Source: an uncultured archaeon
Lineage (GTDB): Archaea; Iainarchaeota; Iainarchaeia; Iainarchaeales; CSSED10-239
Direction of reading: 5' to 3'
DNA length: 21,283 nt
Assembly (NCBI GenBank): GCA_964591795.1
Contig: CAZQEL010000017.1
Coordinates: forward strand, 1 to 21,283
Shown in pieces: positions 15,141 to 21,283 of the stretch. Position 1 is the stretch's first letter. Every line of letters starts with the position of its first letter. The notes beneath the pieces are model-generated. The model saw only the letters and a program-made list of their open reading frames with translations. It ran no database searches and had not been told where the DNA came from. A program made the position numbers and the translations under genes.

Positions 15141-18100
15141 CTAAAAAAAGTTAGATAATGATTTTTGTTTTTTCTCTTCTTTATCTAAAAATAATGATTT
15201 AATATCTTCTTCTGCTAATATAATTTTTTGATATAAATAAGGTTTTAGTTCGTAATCTTTAATTAAATTTTTTGCAACATCTACATATTTTTTAATAGAT
15301 CCTTCGTGAATGGTTAAGATTAGTTTTCCTGAGCATTTAAGACAAATTCCTGTTAGAGGAATTCTTCTGTATTTAGAATTGCATTTAACACATCTTAATT
15401 TTTGTCTTGCAAAAGCTCTTGTGTTTCCAATTATATCTGGAAATAAATGATAGTGTAAGAGTCTTTCAAGAGCATCTTTATTGTCAACAGCACTTATTCT
15501 TTTTTGTAATTCTGCTTGTTTTGCAACTTTATCTTTCATAGATTTAATTGTTAAATAACTACTGTGTTTTGGTCCTTCGTCAAAAATATCTGTGTTATGT
15601 GTGAATTTCATACAAGTGTATTGTGTTTCAGTTCCTAAAAAATCAGATACATATTTTAAATTTTTATCATCAGCATCCATGAATTTTTTTGAATTTTCAT
15701 AAAATTCAAAAGGATATTCTAAACAACTTTCTATTTCATAACACTCATCATCAATTTCATATGGATTGACAATAGTTGTAAATGCAATTGGTGCATCCAT
15801 TCTTCCACCTCTTCCTTTGCTTAGGTATTTTGGTGAAAAATTTAAAAGAGCATCCATTAATAGCATTAAAGAATCTTGATCTCCATCAACATTTCTTCTT
15901 TTAGCAGTTATAAAATAAGGGTGTCCCCAACAAAGTTTTGCTTTTGAAAATCCAAGTATTCTTCCAACTATTCCTGCTGATGTGTGTGGAGCAAGTCCAA
16001 TAACAAGCTCACCAATAATTTCTTCTTTTTTTTTATAGTTAAACATTCTTGGCATTTTATAAAATTTTTCTAATAAATCGTCAATGAATTGTGTGATTTT
16101 TAAAAAGTATTCTGCAGTGTGATCAGAGATTATTATATCCTGTGGAAAAATATCAATTATTTGATTTTCATCTTTAATTTCTTTTTCAAGATAATCATTA
16201 ACATATCCTAATTCTTTAACTTTTTCTACAGTTAAATTTAATTCAATTGGTTTGAATTGTGTAATTGTTGCATTAAGTGCTTCATATCTAATAGTACCAT
16301 CTCTAAAAACAAACAATTCATGTTTTGATCTGAGTATTCCTTTTTCAAGAGCTTCAGTATATTTATCTTGACTTGCAAGTTCTTTAACACCTCTTAGATT
16401 TTCAGAAATTCCTATTTTTAAATTATCAATTGAAAGTTTTATTAAATCATCTAGTTTTATTTTATTATTTAATTTTGGTCTGTTTTTTTCCATGCAAACA
16501 GGACAGATTTCATCAAAACTAATCTTTTTACATTTAACACATTCAAATAATTCTTTTGTACGCACATTACATGCAGTACAATAGTTTGTAAATAATATTT
16601 TTTTACATGTAGGGCATTGATAAGATTTAATTAATGTTTCAATTATTCCTGTGGTATTTTTTGTGCTTGTTAAAACTTTTAATAAATCTCTGTTATTTCC
16701 ATGTCCTTCACCTATAGGAAATAAAACATTTGTTTTTCCGGCCATTATTCTTTCGTGTGCGGCTTCTGGTCTACCCATTCTAGCACCAATAAAGCTTCCT
16801 GCTTTATCTTTAATTTTTATTTGTGAAATTATTGTTAATTTTTCTGAAATAGATTTATCGGAATCATTTAAAACATCAATATGTTCTTCTACCGGATTAA
16901 TTGCGTTTAATGATCCCAATGTTTTTAATAGGGGGTAGGCCATATCTTTTTCAATAAGTATTTTATTTTCATCTAATATGAATAAATGAGGTAATCCTAT
17001 TTTTTCTAAAATTAATTTAATCACATTATTATTTTTTATTTTTGCACCAATAATTTTATCATCATCAAATAGTTTTTCAGCAGATCTAAATTTTTCAATA
17101 AGTATTTTTAATTCTTCTGTATTTAATAAATCATAATAAGCTGTATAAAAAGGATATAATGGAATTTCATTTGTTATACTTAAATTTATTGCGTCATTAG
17201 GGGTTGGATTTTTATAAAATTCTTCCATTTTATTAAAATCTTTTTCTTTAATTTTTTCTTTTCTTAAAAGATATTTCATTTCTGAAATCCATTCTTCTTT
17301 TACATATCCTGATTTAATTAAAGGGTGTCCACTTTTTTTAAAATCTCCTATGTTAATTAACATATCTCCTAAAAATAATATTTTTTCAATTTCATCAACA
17401 TATTTAATTGCTTTTTTAGATGTGTTTATTTGTATTACATTCTTGTTTTTTAATCTAACTATAGGTCCATCAATTGTTGAACAGGGAAAGTATTGTAGTG
17501 ATTTACCTGGTCTTTCTAGTCTACCGTGTGTTCCTACTGCTATGAATTTATCTAGTACGTACATAGTAGCTGGATTAATTGCTTTTGCCATTAATCCAGT
17601 GGTTCTTGTTTTCCCATATCGTAATCTAAATCCACCTGGAACTAAAGGGTATGAAAAAACAGGTCTACCTGCTGCAAGTCCTTCAAGATATTTAGTACTT
17701 GGTTTTAGTTCAAAATTACCTTCAGAAGTTTTTTTTACTTTGATTAGTTTTTCAAGCCAAGCCCAATCAAGTCCAAGTTTCTTACTTGTTTTTAATATTT
17801 TCATTGCTCTTACATATACACCATCAATAATAACAAGGCACATAGCACCTCTGATTCTGTTTGTATTAATTCTTTCAAGGTCTCTATTAACCATGATTTC
17901 AACGTCACTGTCTGGTCCACTATTTATACAAACAGGGCAGTTTTCTGCAATTACTCTTATTTCACTTTCAGTAACTCTTTGTTGACGAACAACAACATCC
18001 GATTGATAGATCATATTTTCTTCAATTAATCTATCTACTTCTTGCTTTGATGGTTTGTATCTATCCAAATGTAATTTTTTTCTTGCAAGGTCAGCTAACA

Positions 18101-18584
18101 GTACAGGTAAGGTTTGTGCGTTACCACCGGCTGCTCTAATAGGTCCTGCAAAATAAATATCTGGATATTTAGAACCATCTGGATTTGTAGATATTTTAAT
18201 ATCTGGAATTCCATCAATAGGTGATACTACAACTCCGTCTGTTTGAATTACTAGTGCAGTTCTAATTGCTTGTTCTAATTTTTTTTCAGGATCTTCAATA
18301 CCACCTAAAGTTCCATCTAAAATCATATTAAATATTTCTAAAGTTACTTTGAATCTATCTTTATATTTTTCCCAAAGTTCATTATAAATTTGTGCTACAC
18401 CTTTTGGTCCAACTAAAATTTCAGTTTTTTCAGCAATACCTTGTGCAGGAAATGTTTCAATATCGTTTGTTATATCTCTTCCTGTTTTTCTTGCGTTTCT
18501 TGCAAGATTAACTTGATTGTTTATTTTTTTAGTTAAGTTTGCAAAATATTCTTTTACATCTTTTCTAGCTTCTAAGTTTGCCAT
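15141..18584 (-). CDS. polC: DNA polymerase II (PolD) large catalytic subunit DP2.
   Basis: 1147 aa. The N-terminus YFANL...LARNARKTGRDITNDIETFPAQGIAEKTEILVGPKGVA is typical of DP2. Internal Cys4 zinc modules are CPTCKK..CTACN, CVKCKK..CPVC and CVKCNSKYRRIPLTGICLKCSGKL. The highly conserved block HPYFITAKRRNVDGDQDSLMLLMDALLNFSPKYLSKGRGGRMDAPIAF is present. No intein-sized insertion. Confidence 0.96.
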   Translation of the reverse strand: MANLEARKDVKEYFANLTKKINNQVNLARNARKTGRDITNDIETFPAQGIAEKTEILVGPKGVAQIYNELWEKYKDRFKVTLEIFNMILDGTLGGIEDPEKKLEQAIRTALVIQTDGVVVSPIDGIPDIKISTNPDGSKYPDIYFAGPIRAAGGNAQTLPVLLADLARKKLHLDRYKPSKQEVDRLIEENMIYQSDVVVRQQRVTESEIRVIAENCPVCINSGPDSDVEIMVNRDLERINTNRIRGAMCLVIIDGVYVRAMKILKTSKKLGLDWAWLEKLIKVKKTSEGNFELKPSTKYLEGLAAGRPVFSYPLVPGGFRLRYGKTRTTGLMAKAINPATMYVLDKFIAVGTHGRLERPGKSLQYFPCSTIDGPIVRLKNKNVIQINTSKKAIKYVDEIEKILFLGDMLINIGDFKKSGHPLIKSGYVKEEWISEMKYLLRKEKIKEKDFNKMEEFYKNPTPNDAINLSITNEIPLYPFYTAYYDLLNTEELKILIEKFRSAEKLFDDDKIIGAKIKNNNVIKLILEKIGLPHLFILDENKILIEKDMAYPLLKTLGSLNAINPVEEHIDVLNDSDKSISEKLTIISQIKIKDKAGSFIGARMGRPEAAHERIMAGKTNVLFPIGEGHGNNRDLLKVLTSTKNTTGIIETLIKSYQCPTCKKILFTNYCTACNVRTKELFECVKCKKISFDEICPVCMEKNRPKLNNKIKLDDLIKLSIDNLKIGISENLRGVKELASQDKYTEALEKGILRSKHELFVFRDGTIRYEALNATITQFKPIELNLTVEKVKELGYVNDYLEKEIKDENQIIDIFPQDIIISDHTAEYFLKITQFIDDLLEKFYKMPRMFNYKKKEEIIGELVIGLAPHTSAGIVGRILGFSKAKLCWGHPYFITAKRRNVDGDQDSLMLLMDALLNFSPKYLSKGRGGRMDAPIAFTTIVNPYEIDDECYEIESCLEYPFEFYENSKKFMDADDKNLKYVSDFLGTETQYTCMKFTHNTDIFDEGPKHSSYLTIKSMKDKVAKQAELQKRISAVDNKDALERLLHYHLFPDIIGNTRAFARQKLRCVKCNSKYRRIPLTGICLKCSGKLILTIHEGSIKKYVDVAKNLIKDYELKPYLYQKIILAEEDIKSLFLDKEEKKQKSLSNFF

Positions 18585-18587
18585 AAT

Positions 18588-20027
18588 TTACTCATCCTCT
18601 TTTTCTAGAAAATCTTTAATAATTAATTTTTCTGTTTTTAAATTAAATAATAATACTTTTGAAACAGTTGGAACGTGTCCTAATTCTTTTTGATAATCAG
18701 TTATATCTTGCCAGCAAGCAGAAACAATCATATGCACATGTTTGTATTTTGAATAAGCGAGATGATGTATATCAGCTGTAATAAATATATCTGGAACTTC
18801 TTCAATAACCATTAAATTTTTTTCAATTGGAACAAATGTTTGTCTGTGTCCAAATTGAGGCATAAGATCTCTTCTTTTTAATACTTCAAGCATTGCAGTA
18901 TCTGGTTTATCCATTTTTGCATTTTTTATTTCAGTGTATATTCCATGTAAAGATGCGCCATGATAAAGTAATGTTTTAAATCCTTCAATTACTACCCATG
19001 ATGGTGATCCCATAATATGTATATTTTCTTTTTCATATAATCTTGGTAAATAAAGTGGTGCAATTGCTGGTTGAGGATCTGACAATCTTACAGCATCGTG
19101 ATTTCCAGAAATTATAAAAATATCTAAATCTATTTTTATTTTCAAAATATATTCTTCAAATAATTCGTATTGTTTAAGAATATCTGTAATTGCAAGTTCA
19201 TTAAATTGTGTGGGGTAAACTCCAATTCCATCAACCATATCTCCTGCAATAATTAAATATTTAATTTTTTTTACAAATTCTTTTTCGCCTTCGTAATTTC
19301 CATTTAACCATTCAATAAATTTAACAAATTCTTTTTCTTTAAATTTTTTTGATCCTATATGTAAATCTCCAATAATTGCCATGTAAATATCATCTTTAAG
19401 TTGATTGTTTCTTTTTTTAAAAGGAATATCAGGATAAATTACTTCATTGACTATTAACATATCTTTTGATAATACAGCAGCTTTAAAGCCTAATACATTG
19501 TCTTGTAAGATTTCTTTATATTTAGAAAATTCATTTTCATCCTTATTCATTATTACTAATTTTATTTGACCAGTAGGATCATCAATAGTAAGAACTAGGT
19601 TTCCATTTTTACTAATTCTTTTATCATAAACCATTCCAATAATATCTACTTGTTTACCTTTAACCAAATTTTTAGTACTTTCAATTGTAGTGTGTTCAAA
19701 ATTAGGTCTAATTTTAATTATTTTTGATATTTTAGCGTATTTATCTAAAAACAATTTGTGAAAGTCATCAATACTTCCTTGTGAATAGTTTTTTCCAGTA
19801 ATATCATATTTATCAAGTATTTGGAAATTTTTAGAATAAGTTTCTTTTTCTTTCTGTTCGTATTTTAAATTTAAAATATCTTGACCGCTTACAAATAATA
19901 GGTCTTTTTCTTTTAAAAGATTAATAATTTCTTTATAATTATGTTTGGATAAATATTTTAGTGAATCTTCAGTAAGAATTAAATTATTTTCTTTTGCATA
20001 TTTAATTATTTCTTGATCCATTATCAC
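18588..20027 (-). CDS. polB: DNA polymerase II (PolD) small subunit DP1 (calcineurin-like phosphoesterase, 3'-5' exonuclease).
   Basis: Metallophosphoesterase motifs GDLHIGS, AGDMVDGIGVYP, GNHDAVRLSDPQPA and HGASL are preceded by an OB-fold-like region. The stop lies 3 nt before the DP2 ATG. The start is either GTG 20027 (overlapping the UPF0147 stop as GTGA) or ATG 20021. Confidence 0.95.
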   Translation of the reverse strand: MIMDQEIIKYAKENNLILTEDSLKYLSKHNYKEIINLLKEKDLLFVSGQDILNLKYEQKEKETYSKNFQILDKYDITGKNYSQGSIDDFHKLFLDKYAKISKIIKIRPNFEHTTIESTKNLVKGKQVDIIGMVYDKRISKNGNLVLTIDDPTGQIKLVIMNKDENEFSKYKEILQDNVLGFKAAVLSKDMLIVNEVIYPDIPFKKRNNQLKDDIYMAIIGDLHIGSKKFKEKEFVKFIEWLNGNYEGEKEFVKKIKYLIIAGDMVDGIGVYPTQFNELAITDILKQYELFEEYILKIKIDLDIFIISGNHDAVRLSDPQPAIAPLYLPRLYEKENIHIMGSPSWVVIEGFKTLLYHGASLHGIYTEIKNAKMDKPDTAMLEVLKRRDLMPQFGHRQTFVPIEKNLMVIEEVPDIFITADIHHLAYSKYKHVHMIVSACWQDITDYQKELGHVPTVSKVLLFNLKTEKLIIKDFLEKEDE

Positions 20028-20305
20028 TTCATTTTTTCTTTTAAATTTTCAAGTTTTGATATTAAACTCCAAACAATTGATCTGCTTTCGTTTGCATTTG
20101 TACTATTTGTTGTTTCTTCAAGTTTATAAAGAATACTTGAAATTTCAAGTGAACAAAGATTATCACTAAGCTTAATTTTTATACTTTTTATAATTGTTAA
20201 AACATTTTTAGGTATTGTTTGATCTTCAAGAATATAATCTGTTTCTGAAATGATTTCTTGAGCTAATTGTTGGCATTGTTCTTGCTTTTTAGTTTGTTTT
20301 TGCAT
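20024..20305 (-). CDS. UPF0147-family small helical protein (function unknown).
   Basis: 93 aa. EDQTIPKNVLTIIKSIKIKL and ESRSIVWSLISKLENL resemble the two conserved UPF0147 motifs as I recall them (D.tVPRNIRr.a......L and h.Rt.iW.i.s.LE). GGTGA SD-like motif 5 nt before the ATG. Confidence 0.6.
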   Translation of the reverse strand: MQKQTKKQEQCQQLAQEIISETDYILEDQTIPKNVLTIIKSIKIKLSDNLCSLEISSILYKLEETTNSTNANESRSIVWSLISKLENLKEKMK

Positions 20306-20417
20306 AAAAAATCACCTTTTAAAAAGTTGTATTGTATTACTATTTTTTTTATGGTTGTAACATATAATATATATAAATAGGTTTTTATATATTCTTTGGT
20401 TTTAAAAAAATAAAACT

Positions 20418-21281
20418 TTAAAAATCTTTTTCTAAAATTTGTTTTAAAGTTACGTTTTTAAAATCCTTCATTTCTCCACCGAAACTTGCAAAAACAACTG
20501 CTTTTTTCCCTTTGTTTTCAAAAATTAAGGTGTCAAGTAGTTTTTTTTGAATATCATAGGATTGATTTTTGTTATATAAAAAAATAATTACGTCTGCAAG
20601 TGTTTTAATTGCTACAATTGCTTGTTTTTCAATAAAGTTCATTTCTTTAAATTCACTGTGTATTAGTCCAGGTGTATCTACTACTTGTATAACTTCTTCA
20701 CGTCTTTTAAAATAACCAAAATTAAGTATTTTGGTTGTAAAGGAATATGAATTAATTTCAGGGTCAGCAGTTGTTATTTCAGATAAAAGAGTAGTTTTTC
20801 CTGTGTTAGGCACACCAACTAAAACTAAGGTAAATAATTGTTGTGGGTTTGGTATTTGTGTAAAGTATTTTGAATATTCTTTTAACTGAATATTAGTACC
20901 ATCTAATTTTTTAAGAACCGATTTAATTCTTCCAAGATATTCTTTTTTAATTTTAAGTTTTTTTTGATATATTCTTTCTAATTTAACATATCTTTTATAT
21001 TTTTCAGAAAGCGAATTAATTAAATGTATTGTTGTAAGGTAATGATTTTTATATTTTTCAAGTGTTGTTTCTGGAACTATATTTTTAGACATTAATAAAT
21101 AATATTCGGTCATTTTAGAATAATCTGGAAGCGCACTGTATATGTAAGTTAATTTATCTGCAATTTTATTGTGTACAAAATTAACATAGAATAACACATC
21201 ATCTTGTTTTTGTTCTTTTTTAACTTGGTTAATTGTTATTTTAAAAAATTCATCAGCTTGGATTAATTCAGGATATTTCAT
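20418..21281 (-). CDS. NOG1-family (Obg/HflX-like TRAFAC) GTP-binding protein, short form.
   Basis: A NOG1-type helical N-terminal domain is followed by G1 GVPNTGKTT, G2 region YSFTTK and G3 DTPGL. The pattern G.PN.GK(S/T)...........Y.FTT.........Q..DTPGL is characteristic of this family. The ATG at 21281 is 2 nt from the window end. Confidence 0.7.
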   Translation of the reverse strand: MKYPELIQADEFFKITINQVKKEQKQDDVLFYVNFVHNKIADKLTYIYSALPDYSKMTEYYLLMSKNIVPETTLEKYKNHYLTTIHLINSLSEKYKRYVKLERIYQKKLKIKKEYLGRIKSVLKKLDGTNIQLKEYSKYFTQIPNPQQLFTLVLVGVPNTGKTTLLSEITTADPEINSYSFTTKILNFGYFKRREEVIQVVDTPGLIHSEFKEMNFIEKQAIVAIKTLADVIIFLYNKNQSYDIQKKLLDTLIFENKGKKAVVFASFGGEMKDFKNVTLKQILEKDF

Positions 21282-21283
21282 AT

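Noticed and set aside
15121-15155. Hairpin cttttttc/taaaaaaag at the rps10/DP2 convergent junction.
   Set aside because: It is a pure A-T stem of 6-7 bp with a 2-4 nt loop, which is thermodynamically negligible. The T-runs alone explain it as an oligo-T terminator.
17350-17985. 211-aa plus-strand ORF, plus a 95-aa ORF at 16651..16938, inside the DP2 gene.
   Set aside because: Both are antisense to the strongly conserved DP2 coding sequence. Their L/S/I/F-rich, low-complexity products are what the reverse complement of K/E/N/G-rich codons gives. Neither has an SD or independent support.
15141-18584. Possible intein or split in the DP2 gene.
   Set aside because: The length (1147 aa) matches intein-free DP2. 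Conserved blocks are contiguous, and no Cys/Ser...HN splice-junction insertion is evident.
1-21283. Searched for CRISPR arrays, tRNA/rRNA genes, C/D-box sRNAs (RUGAUGA...CUGA) and mobile elements.
   Set aside because: There are no regularly spaced direct repeats and no GC-rich structured islands in any intergenic region. The longer spacers (10444-10662, 13110-13463, 20306-20417) contain no TGATGA/CTGA box pairs. No transposase, integrase or recombinase-like ORFs or terminal inverted repeats are present.

Overview
The window is very AT-rich (roughly 25% GC, with intergenic stretches near 10-15%) and gene-dense, and it is clearly archaeal. It encodes both subunits of the archaea-specific D-family DNA polymerase (DP1/DP2), aEF-1alpha followed by ribosomal protein S10, an Elp3 radical-SAM/GNAT enzyme, Taw3 (wyosine pathway), an NFACT-N (Rqc2/RqcH-like) protein, a NOG1-type GTPase, and UPF0147, DUF373 and PRC-barrel proteins. 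Tiny spacers, N/K/I/E-rich proteins and truncated versions of conserved genes suggest a reduced-genome, DPANN-like archaeon, but that lineage call is inference. I found no rRNA, tRNA, CRISPR array, transposase or integrase. Five things deserve a second look. (1) GC and codon usage break sharply at about position 240, inside a single ORF that is open to the left edge. (2) A five-gene minus-strand array (7161 to 612) links secreted and surface proteins, including a 1162-aa anchored giant, with elp3. (3) Within that array, a wHTH gene and a CARF/Rossmann-like gene are separated by a single in-frame TAA. (4) A half-length NFACT protein is coupled to a membrane-tethered coiled-coil protein carrying a possible Cys-His-Asp domain. 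(5) The uncharacterised UPF0147 gene is translationally coupled to the PolD operon. All functional calls come from motif recognition by eye, and no database search was run.
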